From: an uncultured Dehalococcoidia bacterium
Lineage (GTDB): Bacteria > Chloroflexota > Dehalococcoidia > Lucifugimonadales > UBA3495
Assembly (NCBI GenBank): GCA_964502995.1
Contig: CAZCZB010000002.1
Location: 76,805 to 140,804 of the forward strand
DNA: 64,000 nt
Direction: 5' to 3'
This document shows positions 55,329 through 64,000 of this stretch, one piece after another. Position 1 is the first letter of the stretch, and every line of letters starts with the position of its first letter. The translations under genes and the position numbers were made by a program. The notes below the pieces were generated by a model. The model had not been told where the DNA came from, searched no databases, and was given only the letters and a program-made list of their open reading frames with translations.

Positions 55329-56891
55329 CTATTCAGCGATGGGTCGTGAAATTATCCAGAGACTCACGCAAGTGTAGCACACCATCAGCACGAGCATGGG
55401 CGCCTGGCTCAACAGCGCAGAACGGCGGTCCGGGAACAGTCTGACCGCCTGCACGTGCGCCAGGTACACGCCGGCGATATGACCCACCACGATCACCAGG
55501 ATGGAGAAATACCAGATGAATACCGGAGACAAAATCCCGATGTTGACGATGGCGTCGGCGGTGCCGAAGAGGTCCCAGCCCCAGCCCAGCGGGTCGGACG
55601 CCAGCACGATGAAAATCTGGCCGTTGATCAGCAGGAATCCCAGGAAATGCGCGTAGTGGTACGCCAGCGCGATGGGCAGCAGCGAGAACGCAAACGCCAG
55701 CGCTAGTTTCCCTGCGTTGGGCCCGTCGCTTCCCCCGCCCGATGCCAGGGCCATCATCCGGCAGGTGAGCCAGTAAAGGAACCCGAACGCCACCGGCAGA
55801 CCCAGCACCCCGATCAGGTTCGCCAAATACCCGCCATACCTTGGGAACTGCAGGAGGAACTGCGTGCTGAACACCACCCATTCGGGCGTGGCCGACAACC
55901 CGTCGAACGACACAGTGGACAGCAGCAGTATCACGTGGCACACCACCGTGACGGTAACCACGCCCAGACGGTTCAATCCCACGCATGGGGGGCGCAGGTT
56001 GAACTCCCGTTGGTCATCGGATGCCAACGAATAGCACTCGTAGCAGTCCACGCAATCGGACTCGCCGGCTGAGCATCGGCCGTTGCTGGAACATTGGCGA
56101 CATGCCGAGGTCGGCGCGCGGACCTCGGAAATGGAAAAACGCGCCATGAACCCGTACACCACGGTGAAACCCTCGGCGTTGCGCAGCCACACGTCTCGCC
56201 CATACCGGTGCATCCCCACTAAGTTGTACACCGTATATGCCACCAGGATCCAGCCCAACGCCCGCGGCCCGGCTGCACTGGCCACCACGGTTTCCAGGAT
56301 CGCAAACCCCACGAACACCAGCACCGCCGGCCACGGGCCCCACCGCGGCGGATACGGACGGTTCCGGCTCAGGCTCCGGCCCAAAGTGAGGCCTCGTGTG
56401 ATCCATTCCGCGAACTCCCACGCTATCTTCCACGGATTCACCAGGGCCCAGAGATTCCCAAACAGGGCGGTGAAAAAGCTCAAACCCACCCAGAACGCTA
56501 CGTATATGGCAGCCGGCGCGGGGTTCAGGGCGGCACGCTCTGTCCCGATCAACCCGCCCAGGATGACGTATATGGTCAGCAGCACCGACAGAGTTTTGAT
56601 CACAACCGTGAGCCAGGGCGAGGTCAGCGCGAACCTGACCGGGGGCAGCCTCAACAGGTTGTAGCGCGGGTACTGCTGATGCGCTGAATCACCCCGCAAA
56701 AATACCGCCACCACCAGGAATGACAGGAATACCGCTATCCCTCCCGCGATTACAAAAAGGTAGAGCGGCAGGGGCAGGTCGTATCGTTCCCCGAACCCGT
56801 GGGCGTGGGCCGGAGCGGCAAAAGCGGCGAGCATCGCCAGGAAAACGATGGCCAAGCCGAAACCGGCCCACACCGCCCGGACCCTGATCAC
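55329..56891 (-). CDS. polytopic membrane protein with Cys-rich loop, function unknown
   Basis: A signal-like N-terminus ends in AHAHGFGERYDLPLPL, and there are more than 10 TM helices. The loop CRQCSSNGRCSAGESDCVDCYEC is at nt 56034-56102. The GTG at 56891 overlaps the upstream stop (GTGA). The track start at 56978 would overlap the upstream gene by 90 nt. Confidence 0.7.
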   Translation of the reverse strand: MIRVRAVWAGFGLAIVFLAMLAAFAAPAHAHGFGERYDLPLPLYLFVIAGGIAVFLSFLVVAVFLRGDSAHQQYPRYNLLRLPPVRFALTSPWLTVVIKTLSVLLTIYVILGGLIGTERAALNPAPAAIYVAFWVGLSFFTALFGNLWALVNPWKIAWEFAEWITRGLTLGRSLSRNRPYPPRWGPWPAVLVFVGFAILETVVASAAGPRALGWILVAYTVYNLVGMHRYGRDVWLRNAEGFTVVYGFMARFSISEVRAPTSACRQCSSNGRCSAGESDCVDCYECYSLASDDQREFNLRPPCVGLNRLGVVTVTVVCHVILLLSTVSFDGLSATPEWVVFSTQFLLQFPRYGGYLANLIGVLGLPVAFGFLYWLTCRMMALASGGGSDGPNAGKLALAFAFSLLPIALAYHYAHFLGFLLINGQIFIVLASDPLGWGWDLFGTADAIVNIGILSPVFIWYFSILVIVVGHIAGVYLAHVQAVRLFPDRRSALLSQAPMLVLMVCYTCVSLWIISRPIAE

Positions 56892-57487
56892 CGGACTCCC
56901 CGCCTGCGTTGGAGCGTCAACCAAGTCCAGGCGCCAACCGCGACGATTGCAACCATCAGACCGGCGATCCAGATCCATTGAATCTGCGCCCCGGGTTCAC
57001 CAACGTCCAGCGGGAGTTGGAATTGCTCCTCGCCCCGTTCGGACGACACGATCAGGGAAAGGTCCCAGGCCCCGATCACATCGAAAGGAACGTCCACCTC
57101 AAAGTACCGGAAAGTCGCCTCGTTCAGGACGGGTATCGGCCCGAAATCCGACGCTCCGAGCGGCCCGGAAGCGGAAACATGCAACTCCACGTCGGTGTCC
57201 CTGAGCAACTCCTCATTGACGTTGTCAAACACCTGGATCGCCAGGTGGGTTTGCGGAATCACCGGCCGCGCCGGGATGATGCCCACCACCATCCGGTAGG
57301 GCCCCTGCACCCGGTCCATGATCGTCGTGGACGCCCCGTTGGCCTCGGCGATTCCCAAACTGAAAGCAGCTGCAATCGCCAGGCAGATCAGCGCCAAGCC
57401 GGCGGCGACGGAAAGCAAAGCTCCGGCCGCCGTGAACCTCAATCGTTTGGAGACCGACAAACTCAACAACCAGATCATGCGGACCAT
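56888..57487 (-). CDS. bitopic membrane protein with beta-rich extracytoplasmic domain (YtkA/FixH/CopC-like guess)
   Basis: It has an N-terminal TM (AAGALLSVAAGLALICLAIAAAF), a ~120-aa beta-rich domain, and a C-terminal TM (IWIAGLMVAIVAVGAWTW) followed by RRRG. The ATG at 57487 is preferred over the TTG at 57535. Confidence 0.6.
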   Translation of the reverse strand: MVRMIWLLSLSVSKRLRFTAAGALLSVAAGLALICLAIAAAFSLGIAEANGASTTIMDRVQGPYRMVVGIIPARPVIPQTHLAIQVFDNVNEELLRDTDVELHVSASGPLGASDFGPIPVLNEATFRYFEVDVPFDVIGAWDLSLIVSSERGEEQFQLPLDVGEPGAQIQWIWIAGLMVAIVAVGAWTWLTLQRRRGVR

Positions 57488-57551
57488 GCCAAAATCAACG
57501 CGGCGCACGATACCATAAGGCCCCTGCCCTATCAATAAACAAACCCGACCG

Positions 57552-57616
57552 ACGGAAACAAACCGGACTCACGGAAACAATCCGGATCTACGGCGGCGGT
57601 TCAGAAAACCGGATCA
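57552..57616. repeat. three direct repeats of A(A/T)CCGGA(C/T)(C/T)NACGG upstream of the membrane operon
   Basis: ACGGAAACAAACCGGACTC (57552-57570), ACGGAAACAATCCGGATCT (57571-57589), and a degenerate third copy ...GAAAACCGGATCAACGG (to about 57620). Confidence 0.5.
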
Positions 57617-57942
57617 ACGGTGACGCTTCTCGGACCCTCTCAGGAAACGCACGAGGGCACGGCAAGCGCCGGTATGCGTTCGTTGCCGGCGACTCTCGCG
57701 CCCGTGCGTATCCCCTTTCGTTGATTGTCATAATCAGCATTTTCGAGATTCGGGGATTGGCGGGACGGGGCAGCGCTGCGACGGAGCCCTCTCCTTCATG
57801 CCAAACCATGAAATCTCGAAAGGGTTGATATTATGACGTTTTCCCACAGCAAATTCGGTACTCGTGGGCTTCCTCGCGCTATTGACAGAAGCCCAGGCCG
57901 CTGATAGGTTTAGAGCAGTTAACAATTGAACTCTAACAGATT

Positions 57943-58158
57943 CGTTGGTGGCTCGATCACTGCCTCACTTTTGAGGCGGCAGTCGAGCTGAAAAGGAAAT
58001 CCGGTGCAAATCCGGTGCGGTCCCGCCACTGTAATTGGCGAGACGCCCTCCATTCCGCGCTCCATCGCGAGCGCCGATCCAAGCCACTGTCCGTCTTGAG
58101 GCGGGTGGGAAGGCCGAGGAGCGTCGTTATCAGCCATCAGCCAGGAGGCCTGCCAACG
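57943..58158 (+). promoter_or_regulatory. cobalamin (adenosylcobalamin) riboswitch aptamer
   Basis: P1 helix CGTTGG (57943-57948) pairs with CCAACG (58153-58158). The conserved core is AAAAGGAAATCCGGTGCAAATCCGGTGCGGTCCCGCCACTGT (57991-58032) and the B12 box is AGCCAGGAGGCCTGCC (58139-58154). Confidence 0.9.
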
Positions 58159-58243
58159 AGTGTCGTCTAGCTGCACTCCGTGGAACGAGTGGGCGGATAA
58201 TATCCGGCGAATTGGCGGTTTAACCGCACCTCAGCCAACCGTT

Positions 58244-58275
58244 ACCCGAATGCAGCGCAGCGTTCGGGTTTTTTG
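58244..58275 (+). terminator. intrinsic terminator (riboswitch expression platform)
   Basis: ACCCGAA-12 nt-TTCGGGT, followed by TTTTTG. Confidence 0.65.
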
Positions 58276-58456
58276 TTGCAACCACGCAGATTTTCCCTCA
58301 GCGTTGCTCCGGTGGGTCGGTATCCTCCTCCACTGATTCGCCGGGGCACGCTTTCTTTATTGATCGACCGAACTCGCGTTGACGTATCCCGCTGATATAA
58401 TTCGGCGCAACCAGTTTCAGCCACAACCCACGACTACCCGTATTCAGGAGGCCAAC

Positions 58457-58906
58457 ATGGCCGATCCGGCAAACTCAACCCTGCGCAACATCCTCGAAGA
58501 ATGCCGCGACGGATCCGACGGCATCGGTTTCAACGAGGTGGTTGTGATGCTCGAAAGCACGGCCGCGTCGGCCGAGGTCTACATGGACTTCGACGATCTG
58601 CGGTTCACCCCCGACGGGCGCATCGTGACGCTGATGGTTCCCGGCGGTACCCATATGCACCTGGACATGTCCAAGATTCGCGAGGCCGAGTTCATCCACA
58701 CCACCAACGACCAGGGCCTCCCCTCCTACCAGTTGTGGATGCGCGACGGGGATGGCAACCCGGCCATGCGCGTCTACCTCCGCAAATCCGACGATGACGC
58801 GACCAACCCGCCGCGGCACAACTTCTTCATGGCCCTGCTGGACAAATATCCGGACAAGATCGCCCTGTCCGCCGACGAGTTCGGCGCAGACGGCGGTCAC
58901 CCGTAA
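58457..58906 (+). CDS. ChuX/HutX-like tetrapyrrole-binding protein (tentative)
   Basis: The ATG at 58457 is preceded by AGGAGG. The pattern G.H.HL....I....FI......G.PS..L.....G...MRVYLRK.D........FF.ALL resembles the ChuX/HutX family, from memory. It is the first gene after the B12 riboswitch and lies immediately upstream of cobB. Confidence 0.6.
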   Translation: MADPANSTLRNILEECRDGSDGIGFNEVVVMLESTAASAEVYMDFDDLRFTPDGRIVTLMVPGGTHMHLDMSKIREAEFIHTTNDQGLPSYQLWMRDGDGNPAMRVYLRKSDDDATNPPRHNFFMALLDKYPDKIALSADEFGADGGHP

Positions 58907-58938
58907 ATCACGCACGCCACCCTCAACACACCCGAAAC

Positions 58939-60312
58939 ATGACATCGTCAGTTGTAATCGCCGGCGTCCGTTCCGGCGTGGGCAAAACCACCATCGCCAG
59001 CGGCATCATGGGCGCGCTGGCCCGTCGCGGTTTGCGCGTGCAGCCCTTCAAGGCCGGCCCCGACTACATCGACCCCACCTACCACACCATCGCGTGCGGA
59101 GCGCCATCGCGCAACCTGGACACCTGGCTGCTGCCCCATGAGGTGGCCGCAGAACTGTTCCATCGCGCCGCCGGCGCCGCCGACATCGCCGTGGTTGAGG
59201 GCGTGATGGGCGTATTCGACGGCCATTCCTCCCTAGATGAGGACGGCTCGACCGCCGAACTTGCAAAATTGCTCGACGCACCGGTGATCCTGATCGCCGA
59301 CGCCGGCAAGGTCGCCCGCAGCGTCGCCGCCGAGGTTTTGGGATACCAGCAGTTCGACCCAAATCTCCGCATCGCCGGCGTGATCCTCAACGGCGTGGGC
59401 AGCGAAAGACATTTGGAGTTCTGCCAGCCCCAGATCGAGGCCACCACGGGCCTGCCGGTGGTCGGATGGCTCCCACGCCGCGATGACCTGGTGCAGCCGG
59501 AACGCCATCTTGGTCTCATCCCCACCGTGGAAGGCACCGTGCTCAACGACTGGTACGACGCTCTCAACGTCCAGATTGAGCAGACCATCGATCTTGATGC
59601 CATCATGCGCATCGCAGCCACCGCCGGCGTCCCGCGCGAATCATCGTCGCCGGTGTACCCACGGGACACCCAGGCACCGCGGTCCGCCATCGCCGTGGCA
59701 CAGGACAGGGCGTTTTCGTTCTACTATCAGGATTCATTGGACCTGCTCGCAGCGTGGGGCGCAGAGATCGTGCCGTTCTCACCGTTGGACGATGAATCCC
59801 TGCCCGAGGGCGTCGGCGGCGTTTACCTGGGCGGCGGGTTCCCCGAGATGTTCGCCGGAGACCTGTCGCGCAACGCAGGCATGCTTGAATCGATGCGTGC
59901 GGCGATTGCGCGGGGATTGCCCGTGTACGGCGAATGCGGCGGCCTGATGTACCTGGGCCGCAGCCTCTCCGACCTGGACGGGACCCAATACCCCATGGTC
60001 GGCGCGATCCCGGTCGTGTCCTCGATGGAAGGCCGCCGGCTGCACCTCGGCTACCGCGAGGTGGAGGCCTGCGCGTCCGGCCCGCTGCTCCGCGCCGGCG
60101 AGCAGGTGCGCGGGCATGAATTTCACTGGTCGGTGTTGCAGGACCCGCCCGACGAAGATTCCGCCGCCTACCGGGTGGTCAACCAGGCCGGACGGCCCGA
60201 GGGATTTCGCGCCGGCAGCGTGTGGGCATCGTATATCCACGTCCATCTGGGCAGTCGTCCCGGCCTCGCGAAACGGTTCGTGGACGCCTGCGCCAACGGC
60301 GCCGCCAATTGA
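58939..60312 (+). CDS. cobB: cobyrinate a,c-diamide synthase
   Basis: VIAGVRSGVGKTTIASGIMGAL..RG..VQPFKAGPDYIDP and a C-terminal glutamine amidotransferase domain (YGECGGLMYLG, HEFH). Confidence 0.92.
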   Translation: MTSSVVIAGVRSGVGKTTIASGIMGALARRGLRVQPFKAGPDYIDPTYHTIACGAPSRNLDTWLLPHEVAAELFHRAAGAADIAVVEGVMGVFDGHSSLDEDGSTAELAKLLDAPVILIADAGKVARSVAAEVLGYQQFDPNLRIAGVILNGVGSERHLEFCQPQIEATTGLPVVGWLPRRDDLVQPERHLGLIPTVEGTVLNDWYDALNVQIEQTIDLDAIMRIAATAGVPRESSSPVYPRDTQAPRSAIAVAQDRAFSFYYQDSLDLLAAWGAEIVPFSPLDDESLPEGVGGVYLGGGFPEMFAGDLSRNAGMLESMRAAIARGLPVYGECGGLMYLGRSLSDLDGTQYPMVGAIPVVSSMEGRRLHLGYREVEACASGPLLRAGEQVRGHEFHWSVLQDPPDEDSAAYRVVNQAGRPEGFRAGSVWASYIHVHLGSRPGLAKRFVDACANGAAN

Positions 60313-60349
60313 TCGTTCCGCTACTGATTCCGCACAAGGAGACGTTGAA

Positions 60350-60919
60350 ATGACAACGCAAGAAACCCGTCACGGCCCCCAGTCCGTGCGCGGCCCGCGC
60401 ATCAACAAGGGGCTGGTGATCGTCAACACCGGCAACGGCAAGGGCAAGACCACCGCCGCCATGGGCGTCCTGATGCGGGCCTGGGGGCGGGACATGAAAG
60501 TCGTCATGCTCCAGTTCATCAAGCACACCACCGCCAACTTCGGGGAGCAGCGCGCCGCTGAGAAGATGGGCGTGACGGTCCGCGCCATGGGCGACGGGTT
60601 CACCTGGCGCTCCCAGAATCTGGAGGCCAGCGCAGACCTGGCCCGCGCGTTGTGGGAGGATGCCAAGGAGGTAATCGCCTCGGGCGAGCATGACCTCGTG
60701 ATTCTCGACGAGTTCACCTACCCGATGCACTACGGCTGGCTGCCTGTTGAGGATGTCGTGGAAGCGCTCAAGGCCCGGCCCGAAATGCAGCACGTGATCA
60801 TAACGGGCCGCCACGCTCCCGAGGCGCTTGTGGAATACGCCGACCTGGTCACCGAAATGAACGTCGTCAAACACCCCTACGACGCCGGTATCAAAGCGCA
60901 ACCGGGCATCGAGTTCTGA
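60350..60919 (+). CDS. cobO: cob(I)yrinic acid a,c-diamide adenosyltransferase (CobO/BtuR type)
   Basis: GLVIVNTGNGKGKTTAAMG, VVMLQFIK, LVILDEFTYP and ITGRHAP..L.E.ADLVTEM..VKHPY. The ATG at 60350 follows AAGGAG. Confidence 0.92.
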   Translation: MTTQETRHGPQSVRGPRINKGLVIVNTGNGKGKTTAAMGVLMRAWGRDMKVVMLQFIKHTTANFGEQRAAEKMGVTVRAMGDGFTWRSQNLEASADLARALWEDAKEVIASGEHDLVILDEFTYPMHYGWLPVEDVVEALKARPEMQHVIITGRHAPEALVEYADLVTEMNVVKHPYDAGIKAQPGIEF

Positions 60920-60973
60920 CCTGCCGGTCGCGCCGGCAATCAATGCATCGGGCCCGCCCGGGACGGAGACACA

Positions 60974-62041
60974 ATGAGCATCTCTACCCTCGTTGACCAG
61001 ACCATCGCAGCCATCGGGCCGCTGGACGCCTCAGCGGTCGCCGCCGCCGAGGCCCGCCAGGGTGTGCTGACCAAGCCGCCCGGAAGCCTGGGGAGGCTGG
61101 AAACCCTGTCGATCCAACTGGCCGGTATCCTCGGCGAACCCATCCCGCAGGTTACGGGCAAGGCCGTGATTGTGGTGGCCGGTGATCACGGTGTCGCCAG
61201 CGAGGGTGTATCCGCCTATCCCGCAGAGGTCACCCCCCAAATGGTGTTCAACTTCGTCGCGGGCGGCGCGGCAATCAACTCCCTGGCCGGAAGCGCCGGC
61301 GCCAAAATCACGGTCATCGATGCCGGCGTAGCCGTTGACCTGGACCCGCAGCCCGGCCTCACCATTGCCAAGGTCGGCTACGGTACCGCCAACATCGCCG
61401 CCGGCCCCGCCATGAGCCGCGAGGATGCCATCCGCTGTCTCGAAATCGGAATCAACGCGGCCGTAGAGCAGGCCGACGCCGGGGCCAACCTCATCGCCGG
61501 CGGAGACATGGGCATCGGCAACACCACCCCGTCGGCCGCGATCACCGCCGCCATCACCGGCGCAGATGTCGCAACCGTTACGGGACGCGGCACCGGCGTG
61601 GATGATGCTGCGTTAGAGGCAAAAATAGCCACCATCCGCCGCGCCCTGGACACGAACGACCCCGACGGCAGCGACGGCCTGGACGTGCTCACCAAGGTGG
61701 GCGGTTACGAAATTGGCGTGCTGGCCGGCGTCATGCTGGGCGCAGCCTCCCGCAACTGCGTCGTGGTGGTGGACGGTTTCATCAGCGGCGCGGCCGCCCT
61801 GATCGCCTGGCGTCTCTGTCCGGATATCGCCCGGCGATACATCGCCGCTCACCGCTCCGTCGAGCCTGGGCACAACGTCGGCTTGCAGGCGATGGGGCTG
61901 TCGCCGCTGCTGGACATGGATATGCGCCTGGGCGAGGGCACCGGCGCAGCGCTGGCGATGCCCATAATCGAGGCCGCCGCCAGGTGCCTGGCAGAAATGG
62001 CAACGTTTGCCGAGGCCGGCGTATCCGACCGCGACGACTGA
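60974..62041 (+). CDS. cobT: nicotinate-nucleotide--dimethylbenzimidazole phosphoribosyltransferase
   Basis: LTKPPGSLGRLE, VVAGDHGV, GDMGIGNTTPSAA and RLGEGTGAALA. Confidence 0.93.
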   Translation: MSISTLVDQTIAAIGPLDASAVAAAEARQGVLTKPPGSLGRLETLSIQLAGILGEPIPQVTGKAVIVVAGDHGVASEGVSAYPAEVTPQMVFNFVAGGAAINSLAGSAGAKITVIDAGVAVDLDPQPGLTIAKVGYGTANIAAGPAMSREDAIRCLEIGINAAVEQADAGANLIAGGDMGIGNTTPSAAITAAITGADVATVTGRGTGVDDAALEAKIATIRRALDTNDPDGSDGLDVLTKVGGYEIGVLAGVMLGAASRNCVVVVDGFISGAAALIAWRLCPDIARRYIAAHRSVEPGHNVGLQAMGLSPLLDMDMRLGEGTGAALAMPIIEAAARCLAEMATFAEAGVSDRDD

Positions 62042-62060
62042 ACACGCAGGGAACCTCAAC

Positions 62061-62942
62061 TTGATCCGGGCAGTATTCGCGCCGCCGCTGGTGGCGTTAT
62101 CGTTCCTGACGCTGCTGCCCGTCGGCATATCGAATCCGACCGACTCCGAAATCTCCCGATCCCGCGGCTGGTATCCGCTGGTGGGATTGCTCTACGGAGC
62201 GCTGCTGGTTGGGCTGGTGTTGCTGTCCACACTGGCGCTGGGCGTGCCCGTCTTCACGCCGGTCCTGGCTGCCCTGCTGGTTGTGGCCCTGGCGATATGC
62301 AACCGCTTCCTGCACCTCGACGGCTTGATGGACTTCTGCGATGCGATGTGGGGCGGCCACACGGTGGATCGTCGGCTGGAAATCATGCGCGATTCTCGCG
62401 TGGGCTCGTTCGCGGTGGCGGGTTGCGTCAGCGTTCTGCTCATCAAGTACTCAGCATTGCTCTCGATGTTGACCATCGGCCCTGGCCTCAGCGGATTGAT
62501 CCTGTTCCCCATGGCGTCGCGCTGGACAATGACGCTGCTGCTCACGGTTTTCCCCTACGGCCGGCAACAGGGCATCGGCAGTTCGTTCGCGTCAGGTCGG
62601 CGTCCCTGGCTGGCAACCGGGTTCGCCCTGGTTTCCGTTATCGCGGTGGCGTGGTTTTTGCTCGGTCCCGGTGGAATCGCGGTTTTGGTGGTGGTGTCGG
62701 CCGCGGCGTTGCTGCTGGGTTGGTGGGCCGCAAGGCGACTGGGCGGCGGTTTGACCGGCGACTGCTACGGCGCGACCAACGAATTAATGGAAACGCTGGC
62801 GCTGGTCCTGCTGTTGGTATTCCTGTGGCGCGTGGAGTTCAGCGGAATGGGGTTCGCCATGGGTTATGGCGGCGGCATTCTGACCGAATGGCCGTGGCCC
62901 ATCGGTTTCTCCCACGGCTGGTTCTCATATTCGGCCCAATGA
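62061..62942 (+). CDS. cobS: adenosylcobinamide-GDP ribazoletransferase (cobalamin synthase)
   Basis: LSFLTLLPV, HLDGLMDFCD and GGLTGDCYGA. I prefer the TTG at 62061 because the track start at 62007 overlaps cobT. The C-terminus is about 40 aa longer than I expect for the family. Confidence 0.86.
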   Translation: MIRAVFAPPLVALSFLTLLPVGISNPTDSEISRSRGWYPLVGLLYGALLVGLVLLSTLALGVPVFTPVLAALLVVALAICNRFLHLDGLMDFCDAMWGGHTVDRRLEIMRDSRVGSFAVAGCVSVLLIKYSALLSMLTIGPGLSGLILFPMASRWTMTLLLTVFPYGRQQGIGSSFASGRRPWLATGFALVSVIAVAWFLLGPGGIAVLVVVSAAALLLGWWAARRLGGGLTGDCYGATNELMETLALVLLLVFLWRVEFSGMGFAMGYGGGILTEWPWPIGFSHGWFSYSAQ

Positions 62943-62943
62943 C

Positions 62944-63930
62944 ATGGACGCGCTGACGCAAACGCTCGCCACTCTCCCCGTTCCCCTGGACGTGATCGTT
63001 CTCGTCCTCGCGCTGCTGCTCGATCTGACGCTTGGCGAGCCTCCCAACCGTTTCCATCCCACCGTGTGGATCGGCAACACCGTTGCCCTTGCGGAACGCA
63101 TCGCGCCGGGCGAAACATCGCCAGCCGCCTCCCAGTTCGCATACGGCGCGGCAATGGCCGTCCTGATTCCAACGGGCTGGGGCGCGTTGGCGTGGGCAGC
63201 CACATTCGGCCTGCTGCAACTCCATCCCGTCGCCTACGTGATAGTGGCGGCGGGGCTGCTCAAAACCACGTTCTCGGTGCGAATGCTCCACCGGGTGGCG
63301 GCAGACATAGGATCGATCCTCACCGCCGGAGATGTCGCGTCCGCGAGACAACAGATGTCGGCGCTGGTCAGCCGCGACACGTCCCAACTCACCATCGGCC
63401 AGATGGCGGCGGGCGCAATCGAGTCGGTCGCTGAGAACATCACCGACAGCATCGTCGGGCCGCTGCTGGCGTTCGCCCTGTTCGGGCTGCCCGGCGCCGT
63501 CGCCTACCGGGCCATCAACACGCTGGACAGCATGGTCGGCTACCACGGACGCTACGAATACCTTGGCAAGGCCTCGGCCCGGCTCGACGACCTGGCCAAC
63601 GTGATCCCGGCCAGGCTTGCCGCCGTCCTGCTGTGGCTGTCCACCATCGTGTTGCCCGGTCTGGCTCCCGGGCGCGCGGGACGCATCATGCTCGCCCACC
63701 GGGGACGCACCGAATCTCCCAACGCCGGCTGGACCATGGCCGCAATGGCCGGCGGGCTGGGCGTAACCCTGGAAAAGGTCGGCCACTACCGTCTGGGCGA
63801 ACCGGCGCCGGAGCCAACGGCGTCCCACATCGGCGGCGCCACTCGCGCCCTCTACGCCACGACCGCGCTGACCGCCGCCGCCGGCATCGGCGTGGTATGG
63901 ATGCGGTGGACGTTCTGGCCCTGGTGGTAG
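62944..63930 (+). CDS. cobD: adenosylcobinamide-phosphate synthase (CobD/CbiB)
   Basis: LLLDLTLGEPPNRFHPTVWIG, LDSMVGY..RY...G and SPNAGW.MAAMAG.LGV.L.K. Confidence 0.9.
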   Translation: MDALTQTLATLPVPLDVIVLVLALLLDLTLGEPPNRFHPTVWIGNTVALAERIAPGETSPAASQFAYGAAMAVLIPTGWGALAWAATFGLLQLHPVAYVIVAAGLLKTTFSVRMLHRVAADIGSILTAGDVASARQQMSALVSRDTSQLTIGQMAAGAIESVAENITDSIVGPLLAFALFGLPGAVAYRAINTLDSMVGYHGRYEYLGKASARLDDLANVIPARLAAVLLWLSTIVLPGLAPGRAGRIMLAHRGRTESPNAGWTMAAMAGGLGVTLEKVGHYRLGEPAPEPTASHIGGATRALYATTALTAAAGIGVVWMRWTFWPWW

Positions 63931-64000
63931 AATGACCACGCAGCGACGGCCATTGCAAGGTGCAGAGATGACCACCATACAGTCGGGAACGAAGATGACG

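Noticed and set aside
58379-58401. TTGACG ... TATAAT pair between the riboswitch terminator and the ChuX-like gene, a possible internal promoter.
   Set aside because: The spacer is only 11 nt, which is incompatible with a sigma70-type promoter. I kept the riboswitch-controlled reading but flagged the 180-nt gap.
62839-63978. 379-aa minus-strand ORF.
   Set aside because: It is antisense to cobD/cbiB, Arg/Gly-rich, and has no motifs.

Overview
This is a GC-rich, densely packed bacterial chromosomal segment with about 70 credible protein genes. I found no rRNA or tRNA, no CRISPR array, and no integrase or transposase. I ran no similarity searches. All calls come from reading the ORF translations, motifs and the DNA by eye.

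Lineage is a guess only. The many LLM monooxygenases and amidohydrolases, a short EF-Ts and an FDKLRMS-type intergenic repeat suggest a Chloroflexota-like, possibly marine organism.

Landmarks:
- 113-2204 (-): OmpR-type response regulator and histidine kinase operon.
- 6101-10579 (-): nitrile-hydratase-like cluster with a split beta subunit, two alanine-racemase-fold genes and a CE4 deacetylase.
- 10613-14203 (-): lysS-Uma2-serS.
- 16416-19613 (-): chrA, TauE/SafE and Ldh2.
- 23695-26087 (-): FIST protein plus a leaderless LivK/AmiC-like binding protein.
- 26339-27567 (+): split TPP decarboxylase, comDE-like.
- 27721-28731 (+): Swt1-like HEPN-TPR protein.
- 29694-33517 (+): hdc-ACT-HpaB-MOSC.
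- 33610-37974 (+): translationally coupled chain of hypothetical, HNH, PaREP1-like, FAD oxidoreductase and ABC-2 exporter genes.
- 43574-50703 (+): housekeeping block rpsB-tsf-pyrH-frr-uppS-cdsA-dxr-rseP.
- 57943-58275 (+): cobalamin riboswitch with terminator, ahead of a ChuX/HutX-like gene and cobB-cobO-cobT-cobS-cobD (58457-63930).

Many long ORFs in the six-frame track are antisense ORFs or 5'-extended artefacts of high GC. I trimmed these to RBS-supported starts or rejected them.

I see no clear-cut known defence or mobile system. The most unusual items are:
- the three-piece nitrile-hydratase-like cluster, including a DSD1-type paralog that lacks its PLP lysines;
- the standalone HEPN-TPR protein;
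- the HNH/PaREP1-like genes coupled to an oxidoreductase-exporter operon;
- the riboswitch-controlled ChuX-like gene;
- a Cys-rich polytopic membrane protein operon with tandem upstream repeats;
- a 12-bp direct repeat bracketing the two-component operon.
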